The notes: generated by a model from the sequence alone, not told the origin. Positions 45,213 to 54,567 are shown, numbered from the whole stretch's first letter. The stretch is 63,019 bases of DNA, filler included, from Chrysochromulina tobinii (GCA_001275005.1; 6 parts of 6 records of this genome joined end to end with filler, not necessarily neighbours in it); one strand, 5' to 3'. Numbers and translations: made by a program.

Positions 45213-46343
45213 TCAGTCGATGCAGGCCTCCGGGAAGAAGGGCGTGGGCAGCTTCTTGAGGATGGACTTCATCCACTCGTCGCGTGCGGGCACGTCGTAA
45301 AAGAAGAGATGGTTACCAGGCATCTCCTCGAGCTCGAAGGACGCAGTGGTGAAGCGCTTCCAGAGCTCGAGGTGGTGCTTCTTGCACCGGCAGTCCTTGC
45401 TCAGGACTCTGGCCTGCATCGGGATCGCGAAGGAAGGGCCAACGTGCGCGGGCGGCGGCGTGAAGCTATACGAGTCGAAGAGGGTGAAATCGTCGCGCAT
45501 CATGCCACTATACTGCTTCCAGTTGGGCTCCTCAAAGATGATCTCGTTGACGTTCCAGCCTCGGCATTCCTCTTGGAAGGTCGCCTCATCCATCTTCTCG
45601 TTCTTGTTCCAGGGCCGCTCCGCTTCGGGGATGTCAGGCGCGGGGAAGCCCGAGACGATCCACATGGCCGGCAACGGGATGCCCCTCTCCGCGCAGAGCT
45701 TGATCCACTCGTAGCTCATCCATGTGCCCATCGAGTGACCGACGATGACGTAGGGCACCTCTTCCTGCAGGAGCGGTGCGAGCACCGGGAAGAGCGCCTC
45801 GCAATACGGCCGCAGCGTGCGTTGGCGCGGCTCCTGCCGGCGCAGCTCACGCCCAGGTAGCTGACACGCGAGCAATTCGCCGCCATGGGCAGCGCAGTGC
45901 TTGACGAAGGCATTGTCAGTGGGCACACGCAGGCCGCGGCCGGTATAGACCGACTCGGCGCTGCCTGCATTGTGGAAGCAGACGATGCGGAACTTGGGAT
46001 TCGGTGCTGGGTGGCGTCCAGCAACTGGGAACCACGCCTTGAAGGCTTCATCGGAGGATTTCGGCATCTTCGGATGTGGCGGCGGTGCCGGCGGTAGCGA
46101 TGATGGTGCGGGCGGAGGCGGAGTGGGTGTGGCAACTGGCTCCGTTGTTCCGCCGGATTCAAAGTACGCCATCGCCTCCTCCTTGGACCACATAGTCATC
46201 TTGTCAAACACGATGTCGATGTCATCGGCCATAGCATTGGCTTGGACCTGCGAGCGCAAGAATGCAAGCGACGGTGGGTGGAAAGACGGTGCAGAGGCGG
46301 GGTCACAACGCACATCTTTCAGCTCCTCGAGCGTGAGCGGCAT
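45213..46343 (-). CDS. Type II (editing) thioesterase with a small N-terminal domain; probable in-frame intron at 46313-46248
   Basis: CFHNAGS, QLPGRELR, VGHSMG, MRDDF, MPGNHLF. The 66-nt GTGCGT..CGCAG segment looks like an intron. Confidence 0.85.
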   Translation of the reverse strand: MPLTLEELKDVRCDPASAPSFHPPSLAFLRSQVQANAMADDIDIVFDKMTMWSKEEAMAYFESGGTTEPVATPTPPPPAPSSLPPAPPPHPKMPKSSDEAFKAWFPVAGRHPAPNPKFRIVCFHNAGSAESVYTGRGLRVPTDNAFVKHCAAHGGELLACQLPGRELRRQEPRQRTLRPYCEALFPVLAPLLQEEVPYVIVGHSMGTWMSYEWIKLCAERGIPLPAMWIVSGFPAPDIPEAERPWNKNEKMDEATFQEECRGWNVNEIIFEEPNWKQYSGMMRDDFTLFDSYSFTPPPAHVGPSFAIPMQARVLSKDCRCKKHHLELWKRFTTASFELEEMPGNHLFFYDVPARDEWMKSILKKLPTPFFPEACID

Positions 46344-46491
46344 CCGCAGTAGGATCGGGCAGGTGTCAGAAGACCGCGTGAAGACGCAGTCTCGCGACGT
46401 TTCAAACTTGTGTGAGTTTCGTCCCATACGGCAACGGTTTTACAACCCGTCTGATATATTTCAGAACAAAACTGTCGGCACCCTTCTGTTC

Positions 46492-47778
46492 TTATTCATT
46501 GTCGAGCAACCATTGTACTATGGTGATGCATTGGCTGGTGAGCATCGGCACGGGACCTAGGCTGACGCGCACGGCGCCCCGAAGCTCGAGGATCTCTTCC
46601 TCAGCTTCCGTGAAGCCAAGGTGATCGCCGAGCACCGTCACCGTCGAATGCGCCGGTACGGCGGGCTGCGGGAGCGCAGTTCCGAGGAGCCGTTGGCCCG
46701 CCTCATGCATCGCGAGTAGACGAGGCGTCTCACCCCGAGGCTCCTCGCCGAGCATGCATGTGCTCACCACGGCGCCCGCACCCGCACATCCTCGTGCCTC
46801 ACCCTGAGGCTCCTCGCCGAGCATGCATGTGCTCACGACGGCGCCCGCACCCGCACATCCTCGTGCCTCACCCAGAGTCTCCTCGCCGAGCTTCGCCTCT
46901 GGCGCGTCGGCAGCGGCGTTCTCGCAAGCTGACGGCTCCTCGAGTACGGCCTTGGCGCACGTGAGCTCGACCAATAACGCCCCCAAGTCCATAGCCTCAC
47001 GCGTGCTCCAGCCGGGCAGCGGATGACCAGCCAGCGCACGCCCGACCGCCGCCGCCAGGCAGCGCTCGTCCGGGCGCAGCCCTTTGCACCGGCCGCCATC
47101 GCAGCAGACCACCCGTCGGGCATCCGCGAGGAGCAGCCACACGCGCGCCTCCTGGCGCACCCCATGCGAGTAGAAAAGGCACGCAGCCAGGCAGCGTGCG
47201 AGCAAGTCCACCCGCCCCTCTGGCAGGTTGTTCAGCTCGAACTTACCACGCTCTGCCAGGGCGCTCGGCGTCTCGTGGCACACGACAACAAACTCGCGGC
47301 GGCCCGGCGGAGGGCGCGGGCGCGTCGAGCGCTCCTGGCCAAACGCCTGCGAGGCGAGGCGCGAGGCGCGCTGGAGCGCCTCATCGGAGCGAGAGCACAG
47401 CTCAGCAGCCTCATACGAGCCGATTATAGACGCTTCGAGCCATCGGCCTCCCACGCGCGTGTGCGAGAGCCCCGCCGCCGCCGCCGCCGCCGCCGCGGCC
47501 GTCGCGGCCGTCGCGGCCGTCGCCGCCGCCGCCGCGTCAGACGCGCTCCATTGCAGGACGGCGGCTCCCGAAGATCGGCCGTCCTTGTCAGCCAGCAGCT
47601 TGATGTGGAGGGCGAGCATGGGCGCCATGGTGGGCGCCCCGGTACTCCCCTTGCGTGAGGCCGTGTGCCCCACGCTCGGCACGGCGCGCTCGAGAGCCGC
47701 GTACACGTCTGCGACGCTCGCTTCCCACGGGAGGCCGCGGAGGTGCACAAAGGTCGCCTCCGCCGCCTCCCGTACCCG
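46492..47778 (-). CDS. trmY: RRM + TrmY-like SPOUT methyltransferase (tRNA pseudouridine54 N1-methyltransferase, DUF358); no ATG before the RRM
   Basis: VHLRGLPWEASVADV (RRM); GRVDLLARC, SHGVR, LRPDER, HEAG, VLGDHLGF, VSLGP..MLTSQCITIV. In frame with DPH2. Confidence 0.8.
   Translation of the reverse strand, partial: RVREAAEATFVHLRGLPWEASVADVYAALERAVPSVGHTASRKGSTGAPTMAPMLALHIKLLADKDGRSSGAAVLQWSASDAAAAATAATAATAAAAAAAAAGLSHTRVGGRWLEASIIGSYEAAELCSRSDEALQRASRLASQAFGQERSTRPRPPPGRREFVVVCHETPSALAERGKFELNNLPEGRVDLLARCLAACLFYSHGVRQEARVWLLLADARRVVCCDGGRCKGLRPDERCLAAAVGRALAGHPLPGWSTREAMDLGALLVELTCAKAVLEEPSACENAAADAPEAKLGEETLGEARGCAGAGAVVSTCMLGEEPQGEARGCAGAGAVVSTCMLGEEPRGETPRLLAMHEAGQRLLGTALPQPAVPAHSTVTVLGDHLGFTEAEEEILELRGAVRVSLGPVPMLTSQCITIVQWLLDNE
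46729..46891 (+). repeat. 69-bp unit x2 plus a terminal 25-bp repeat; carries the introner-like core antisense to TrmY
   Basis: CTCACCCnGAGnCTCCTCGCCGAGC three times, separated by ATGCATGTGCTCAC(C/G)ACGGCGCCC... inserts. Confidence 0.85.
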
Positions 47779-47781
47779 TCA
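47727..47781 (-). promoter_or_regulatory. Candidate stop-codon readthrough signal: UGA-CGG + 5-nt spacer + 17-bp stem (1 mismatch) with 13-nt loop
   Basis: Arms at 47757-47773 and 47727-47743 are complementary at 16/17 positions. TGA at 47781-47779. Confidence 0.55.
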
Positions 47782-49653
47782 TTCGAGCTCGATTGCATCG
47801 GCGATCGGCGAGACCGCCTCCGAGATAAACTCCGAGATGCCGCTGCGCTCAGCCCTGTCACCCTTGCTGGCGTTGCCCTCACCAAGGCCTGCCTCACCAA
47901 CGCCGCCCTCACTGGCGCCCGCGCCCGCACCGGCCTCGTGCGCGCCGCCCTCGCCGGTGAACCCGCTCGCAATGCCCGAGCGGCCCTCGACAATGCGGCT
48001 GGGCGCATGCTCTCCAAGACGAGGCTCGAGCCCACGATATTCACGACGAGCCAACGCCTCGGCTCCGGTGCGCGCCATCGCGTAGTCGCCGCGCCGGGCC
48101 AGCGTGCCGCTCACGCCGCTTGCCACCAGGGTCCCATGGGTGTCTGCCGTGCCGCCAATGCTGCTGCTGCTGCTACCCACACTGCTGCTGACCTCTTCTC
48201 TTCCACCGCCAGCCGCAGACCCCGCGGCACTCATCGCCACTCCCGTGTTGGCCATCGAGCGCTTGGCTATGAGCTTGCCGCTCAGCTCTGAGAACCGCGG
48301 CGCCTCGTCCTCAGAGTCGTCGCCGTGTGCGCGCCCTCTGCCCTCCTCCTCCTCCTCCTCTGGCGCGGCGGCCGCCCGCAGCCGCGGCAGCAGCCGACCG
48401 TAATCCAGCATGTACTCGCCAGTCCATTCGGCGCCCTCGGCCAGCGCGACGTGCAGCTCATATGGCGTCACCACCGGCCGATAAAAGTCCTTGGCGTCGA
48501 GCAACGAGTGCTCCGCCGAGCCGAGGAGCACGTAGACGCCCACCTCGGCGAAGTTGGCCAACTTGGCCGCGTTGAGTTTGCCCATGATAAACACGTAGTG
48601 CTTGCGCGCCGCGCGCCGGCAGAGCGCCTTGAGCGCACGGAGCATCGGCGTGCGCTGCGAAGCGGAGAGCGTGCCTACGAGGATGCCCACCACCTCGGCC
48701 TCGCGCGCTTGCTGCACGAGGTAGTAGCGGCGCATCAGCCGACGCGCCGTTGCGAGCACTAGCCGACGCAGTGTGGGCGGCGCCGTCTCCTCGCACGCCG
48801 CCGCCTCGCGGTCGGAGGCATCCGCACGCGTGGCGGTTTGGGTGGGCGGCTCGTACAGATAGACCTCCGCATTTGGCAGCAGCAGGCACAGGTTCGAGAG
48901 CGTCTGGTCCTCGCTGCCGAGATAGACGAGCGCGGCGCACTGCCCGAGCGCCGCCTCATCGAGTGAGGCTCCAAGTCTCCGACCGAGGAGGAAGCCACGC
49001 GCGAGCGCGTCGGCGGCCGCAAAGGGGTCGGAGGTGCTCGGTACGGCCGCCGCGATGGCCGACGAGGAGGCCGACGAGGCGGTAACGACCGCAGGCTCGG
49101 CTTCGGTCGTTTCGGCTGTGCGCTCCACGTCCGAGTGGCACACGATCGCGCCCGCGCCAAGGCGAGCGGCAAGCGCCTCGGATGCATGCGCGTACGGCAG
49201 GGACGGCACGACAAGTACGCGGCGCGCAGCCTCGCCAGCGCCCAAAACCGGCGCGAATGCTGTCGAGAAATGCGCGATGTCGAGCGCGCGTCGCCCGAAG
49301 ACAAAGCGCACCGGCAGCGGCCCACGAGCCTCGAGGTCGACGGGTCCGTAGTGCACGATGAAGTCGGCGTCAAAATGCTGAGCCGCTACAAAATCGACCT
49401 GAAAGCCGTCGAAGGAGGTGTCGCCGAGCACAAAGAGCTCCACACCTGCGCCATCCAGGGCCTGCTGCAGCCCGGAGACTGCGGCCGATGCGTGCGTGAG
49501 CAACGTGTCTGGAAACTGCAGCGCTACGCGCCGATGATTGCCGCGTCGAATGTGCGCGGCAGTAGCTTCGACATCGAGGTCGAAGGTGGCTGGCTCGGCT
49601 CTGGCAATGTCGCGAGAGATTGCGCGTGCCTCGTCGCTGGAGAAGACCGACAT
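47779..49653 (-). CDS. DPH2: Diphthamide biosynthesis protein 2
   Basis: VALQFPD.LL, FVLGDTSF, VD.VAAQH, IVHYG, RRYYLVQQAR, GILVGTL, GKLNAAKLANF, FYRPVVTPYE, EGRSGIA. Confidence 0.92.
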   Translation of the reverse strand: MSVFSSDEARAISRDIARAEPATFDLDVEATAAHIRRGNHRRVALQFPDTLLTHASAAVSGLQQALDGAGVELFVLGDTSFDGFQVDFVAAQHFDADFIVHYGPVDLEARGPLPVRFVFGRRALDIAHFSTAFAPVLGAGEAARRVLVVPSLPYAHASEALAARLGAGAIVCHSDVERTAETTEAEPAVVTASSASSSAIAAAVPSTSDPFAAADALARGFLLGRRLGASLDEAALGQCAALVYLGSEDQTLSNLCLLLPNAEVYLYEPPTQTATRADASDREAAACEETAPPTLRRLVLATARRLMRRYYLVQQAREAEVVGILVGTLSASQRTPMLRALKALCRRAARKHYVFIMGKLNAAKLANFAEVGVYVLLGSAEHSLLDAKDFYRPVVTPYELHVALAEGAEWTGEYMLDYGRLLPRLRAAAAPEEEEEEGRGRAHGDDSEDEAPRFSELSGKLIAKRSMANTGVAMSAAGSAAGGGREEVSSSVGSSSSSIGGTADTHGTLVASGVSGTLARRGDYAMARTGAEALARREYRGLEPRLGEHAPSRIVEGRSGIASGFTGEGGAHEAGAGAGASEGGVGEAGLGEGNASKGDRAERSGISEFISEAVSPIADAIELE

Positions 49654-49806
49654 TTCCTTCGCTGTGGTGCGGCGACGTCACACGAGACCGCGTGAAATCA
49701 CGTGAAACACACGCGCCCATTCTGATCGAGAGTTCTTTATCTCTTTGACGAAATGACGAAATTCGGTGAACCCGCGGTCGCGCTCTTCTCGCCCGCTTGG
49801 GGGAGG

Positions 49807-52800
49807 ATGACCGTATGGGCCTTGATGGTCGCCGTGGCGGGCGCCGCTCCGACCCGCCTGCGTGCCGACGGTAGCGATTGGCTCTCCTTTCCTCGTTTCG
49901 CCCTCCCGCACATGGCGCGGCCGCTCTTCACCTGGGCACCTGGCTCGCAGACTGCATTCGCCCTCGAGCTCTCGGATGCAGCAGGCCACCTCGTCTGGGC
50001 ATCTGGCAAGCAACTTAGCACGGAGCCATCGGTGCGTTATCCGCCCTCGGCACCGGCTCTCCAATCTGGCACGTACCATTGGCGCGTCGCAACGTACTCC
50101 GACCCATCGTCAGAGCCCTCCCCCTTTGCTTCTGCCGCCCTCCATGTGGCCATCCCGCCCGCCGATTGGTCGATGGCTGCTTGGCTTGGCGGCGATGCTG
50201 TCAACGTGTACACCGCATCCTTCCAAACCGGGCCCAAGTCGGCGCTCGCCAGCGTGGTGCTGTACGTGTGCGGCCTCGGCTACTCCTCCGTCCGCTTCAA
50301 CGGCCAGGACCTGAATGTGCTCACGACGGCGCCTTGGACGAACAACGCCATCGTGAACGGGTTCTCCTCGCTCGATCTGACGCCGTGGTTGGCAGACGGG
50401 GGCGATGCGAACCACGTCATCGTCTCGCTCGGCTACGGCTGGCGCGACACGAATGTCTTCGCAGTGCGGGACGACGACTCGAAGGATCGCCCTGCCTTGC
50501 ATGCAAACGCTCATCACGGCGCCACGGTTCCCCACAGGTGCGGGACGACGACTCGAAGGATCGCGTGGGTGCTGTCGCGCGCATGCTGCGAGCCAAGGTC
50601 CTTGCGACGTTCAACAACGGCTCGACGAGCGTGCTCACGTACACCGGCGACGGGACTTGGCAGGCGGCCGCGGGCCCTAGCACGGCCGACTCGGTCTACA
50701 ATGGCGAGAGCTACGACGCTCGCATAGCGGCGGAGCTCTTTGACAGCGACGGCCGTGCCGCTGCGCGCTCGTCGTCGCGCTGGGTGCCGGCACCTCGCGT
50801 CGACGGCCCGGCTGGCCGGATGGTCCCTTGGTCGGTGCCGCCCGTCGAGGTGCTCGAGACGGCGCCCCACACCTGCGGACCTCTGACGATTGCCTCGGAT
50901 TGCATGCTGATGGCCTCCCTCGTTGCATGCAGGTGCTCGCGACGGTGCCCCCGGTGGCGATGACGACCCCCAAACCCGGCCTTTACTTGTTCGATTTCGG
51001 AGTGCGAGCCTCCGGCGTGACGCGCCTCAAGCTGGTCGCCTGCCCCTCTGGCGCGACTCTTCGGATCCGGCACGCGGAGATCATGCAGCACGCGGGGCTG
51101 CCCGACCTGCAGACGGTGGACCCGACGATGATCTACACTGGCAACCTGCGCTCTGCCGAGGCGACGGACGTGTACACGTGCGCCGGTGGCAGTGCGACAT
51201 GGGCTCCTGCGCTCACTTACCACGGCTTCCGGTTCGCCGAAGTCAACGTGAGTGGCGCCGCTGGAGTCATCCTGACGATGGACAGTGTGGAGATGGTGCA
51301 CTTTGCCTCGGCCGTACCGCAGCGCACGCAGGTCAACTTCACCTCGGCCACGCTCAACAAGCTCCAGGCGATGGCTGTCGGCGCCCAGCGCTCCAACTTG
51401 ATGACGATCCCGACCGACTGCGACCAACGCGACGAGAGGCTCGGATGGTTGGGTGACGCGAACCTGAGCGGCGAGTCGATGGCGCTCAACTTTGACATGT
51501 CGGCGTTCTTCAGCTGGTTTCTGCTGTGCGTGCTCTCGCGGCCGAGATCAGACCCGTGATTAGACCGAGATCGCAACCGAGATCAGACCCGTGATTAGAC
51601 CGAGATCGCAACCGAGATGAGGCCCGTGATGGCCTCGGATGGCCCCTGATGGCCACTGCTGGCCTCGGATGACCTCCCTCATCCACTGATTGCCTCGGAT
51701 GACCTCCCTCATCCACTGATTGCCTCGGATGACCTCCCTCATCCACTGATTGCCTCGGATGACCTCCCTCATCCACTGATTGCCTCGGATGACCTCCCTC
51801 CACAGGTACGGTATCGCGACCGAGGTCGGGCACGGCGTCAACGGCAGCCTGCCCGATGTCGTGCCCTTTCTGCGTTACGGCGGCCGGCCGGCCGATGTGT
51901 CGTGGAGCGCCGCCATGATCACGCTGCTGCACGTCGGATGGAAGCAGTACGGCGACCTTCGCACGTATCGCTCGATGGGCGACGAGGTCGCTGCCCAGTT
52001 AGCGAACGTGGCAGTGCAGGCCGCCGCCGGCCTTGGCAAGATGCACACGCCGTACGGGGATTGGTGCCCCCCGCCGGAGAAGATGGGAGGCGGCCAAGGG
52101 CCCAAGCCTAGCGAGCCTCTTACCTCGGCCTTTTCGTATGTGACGATGGTGAAGCACGCCTCCGAGCTGGCCGACGCGTCCGGCGACGCTGCGGCCGCGA
52201 AGACGCTCGACGACCTCGCGGCGAAGCTCACCGATGAGTACAATGCGGCCTTCTATCACAAGGAGAGCGGCTCGTACGACACGGGCACGCAGACGGCGCT
52301 CGCGCTCGGCCTCGCCATGGGGGCCGCACCGGACACGAAGGTGACTCAGAAGGCACTCCGGACCCTGCCTCGCATGCAAACGCTCATCACGGCGCCCTCG
52401 TTCCCCACAGGCGACTCAGAAATTACTCCTCGACAAGCTCGACGCCAAGGGCACGCACTTTGACACGGGCATCATCGGGCTGAGCCAGCTCTTCCCGGTG
52501 CTCGGTGCGGCCGGGGCGCACGATACGGCGCTTGCGGTGCTCGCGCAGACCGACTACCCTAGCCTCGGGTTTGAGTTTGCGAATGAGCTGGAGAAGACCA
52601 CGACCAACCTGTGGGAATTGCCCGACGCGCCGGCAGAGGGCACCGGCATGAACTCGCGTAACCATCACATGTACTCGTCGTACTCGTCCTACCTGGTGCA
52701 GAGCGTCGCGGGGGTGCGCTCACCACGGCGCCCGAAAGCGAGGCATCTCCCTGCATGCAAGCGCTCACCACGGCGCCCGAAAGCGAGGCATCTCCCTGCA

Positions 52801-53627
52801 TGCATGCGCTCACCACGGCGCCCTCGCTCTGTCAGGTGCGCCAGGTCGCGGGCAGCCACGGCTACAAGCACCTCGAGCTGCGCGCCGCGAGCGCGCGCGC
52901 GCTGCATGGTGCGTCGGCCACGCTCGACCTGCCCTCAGGCGAGCTGAGCTTTCGCTGGAGCCGATCGGGAGGGCGTCAGCACGACAAGGTGAGTGAGGGC
53001 GACAGCGCCGAGTTCGACTGCGGCCCGCGCGGCGGCGTCATCGAAGCGGTCGAGTTTGCGTCGTTTGGCACTCCCGCAGTGCGACGTCGCTCCGCAGTGG
53101 GCGGGATCAGCGAGATGAGCGAGATCCCGCCGCTGGAGGCGCACCCGCTGTGCCATGCGCCCCGCTCGGCCGAGGTACTCACGTCCGCCTGCGTCGGGCG
53201 CCAGCGCTGCTCCATGCTGGCGACGCGCGAAGCTCTTGGACTGGACGCTTCCAAATTTGGAACGGAGCTCCTCGCCAACTGCTCCGCGGCGGCCAAGCGC
53301 CGTGGTGGGCGCCTCGCCGAGTGGTCCGACCCGCTGCGCTTCTGGGCGACGGTGCGCTGCTCGGTGGCCGCAGAGTCCCTCGACGTGAGCACCACGATCC
53401 CTCTCGGGGTGAGCGCGACGCTTGTGCTGCCTCTGCGCGACATGCGCAACCCTGTCGTCGTCGACGCGACGAGCCAACCAACCATCTTCCCACAGCGGAC
53501 CTTCCCCAGCTTCGTCAATGATGCGCTTGTGCTGCTGGACGATCAGGAGTTGGGCCGCGCGCTCGCTCTCGAGCTCAAGAGTGGTGAGTATACGCTTGTC
53601 CTCCAGGACGGCGCTGTCGAGGTGTGA
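49807..53627 (+). CDS. Secreted alpha-L-rhamnosidase (GH78) with a SUEL/Gal-lectin-like domain; 6 exons
   Basis: Signal-like MTVWALMVAVAGA; YHGFRF, IPTDCDQRDERLGWLGDA, YGDWCPP, TTNLWE, NSRNHHM. Introns at 50464-50537, 50850-50932, 51526-51805, 52341-52410 and 52714-52835 each restore the frame. An alternative ATG lies at 49753. Confidence 0.9.
50464..50537 (+). mobile_element. Introner-like intron A
   Basis: First 27 nt are identical to the first 27 nt of the next exon. Last 48 nt match intron D at 44/48. Confidence 0.75.
50850..50932 (+). mobile_element. Introner-like intron B
   Basis: First 19 nt match the next exon start at 17/19. Shares GATTGCCTCGGAT and CCTCCCTC with intron C. Confidence 0.65.
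51526..51805 (+). repeat. Intron C, filled by 35-bp x2 and 30-bp x4.7 tandem repeats
   Basis: (CCGAGATCAGACCCGTGATTAGACCGAGATCGCAA)2; (TGCCTCGGATGACCTCCCTCATCCACTGAT)n at 51661-51800; GTGCGT..CACAG ends. Confidence 0.85.
52341..52410 (+). mobile_element. Introner-like intron D
   Basis: Starts GTGACTCAGAA versus next exon GCGACTCAGAA. 3' part nearly identical to intron A. Confidence 0.75.
52714..52835 (+). mobile_element. Introner-like intron E (45-bp unit in tandem)
   Basis: GCGCTCACCACGGCGCCCGAAAGCGAGGCATCTCCCTGCATGCA twice plus a partial copy. Same core as introns A and D. Confidence 0.7.
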
Positions 53628-53656
53628 AAGGACCCTCGGGTGTGAAAGGACCCTCG
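53621..53656 (+). repeat. 18-bp tandem duplication spanning the GH78 stop codon
   Basis: (GGTGTGAAAGGACCCTCG)2. Confidence 0.8.
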
Positions 53657-54467
53657 GGGTTCGGGAGGGGAGTGGGCTGGAGGGGTGCCGCGCTCTGTTG
53701 AGCTGTGTGTCGGTGGCTGTGTTCTGTCGTTGTGGCCGGGCGGGGCGGCGTGGCTCCGCTCGCTGGTTGGTGTGGGCTGGCCGAACGACGTTCGTCGCGC
53801 TTCCGTGCGGATACCTGGCGCGCGGTTGACCGCGCGTGCTTGAGAGGAATCTCAGGGGAGGGCTCCGTCGCCATGTCCGTCGCGTACAGTCCGGTCCGCC
53901 ACGGGCCACTCCCCGACGCGTCAGTCCCCGGTCCGGGGGTCCGAGGACACACGCGCACTGGAGAGGAGACCGCTTAATATACTTATTGATGTACTTATTG
54001 AGATATGAAAAACCGCGGCCCCGCGTCCATGGCGGCATGAAGGAACCAAAACGGGACACCATGTACCGTTTGACGCACAAAATGGCACATAGCCTCACCT
54101 TTCCCTACCCCACCCCATGAGCACCCTCTACCTATGCGCATCCCGCATTGCATGGCTCTTCTTGGGGGACTCGCGGTGCGCTGGTAGGCTGGTAGCAGTT
54201 CCTTCCCAGCACCCTATTACCCGCCTTGTACGGGTTCGATCCAAGTGTCAGCCCTTCCCGGCCTTCTCGACTCTGGTCAGTGGTCGCTTACCCCTGACGG
54301 TACGCTTTGACCTCCGATTTCCCGCATCCTCTCCAGGTCATGCTCCTCTTCCACATTCACCTCGCTCCGAGTATATCGCTCGGATCGTCAAACCCCCTGC
54401 TGCCGGAGCCGCCGCATCCCCCATGTCTATTTGCACCGATCGACATGTGCAGGAGAGCGCCGGAGAA

Positions 54468-54567
54468 NNNNNNNNNNNNNNNNNNNNNNNNNNNNNNNNN
54501 NNNNNNNNNNNTTAATTAATTAANNNNNNNNNNNNNNNNNNNNNNNNNNNNNNNNNNNNNNNNNNNN
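54468..54567. other. Artificial contig linker
   Basis: N44-TTAATTAATTAA-N44. Confidence 0.98.

Noticed and set aside
46344..46491. SECIS element for Sec insertion at the DPH2 UGA
   Set aside because: I see no AUGA..AA..GA kink-turn pattern in the short downstream region. Not excluded without a covariance search.
47588..47782. ATG overlapping the DPH2 stop (ATGA) as the TrmY start
   Set aside because: It is in a different frame and closes after 64 codons. No plausible intron restores the TrmY frame.
51661..51800. 30-bp repeats as a CRISPR array
   Set aside because: Head-to-tail tandem repeats without unique spacers, inside a eukaryotic intron, with no cas genes.
54225..54467. tRNA/B-box (GTTCGATCC) or LTR-PBS (CA-G-TGGTCGC) near the contig end
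   Set aside because: No cloverleaf and no convincing LTR boundary. Too little sequence to support a call.
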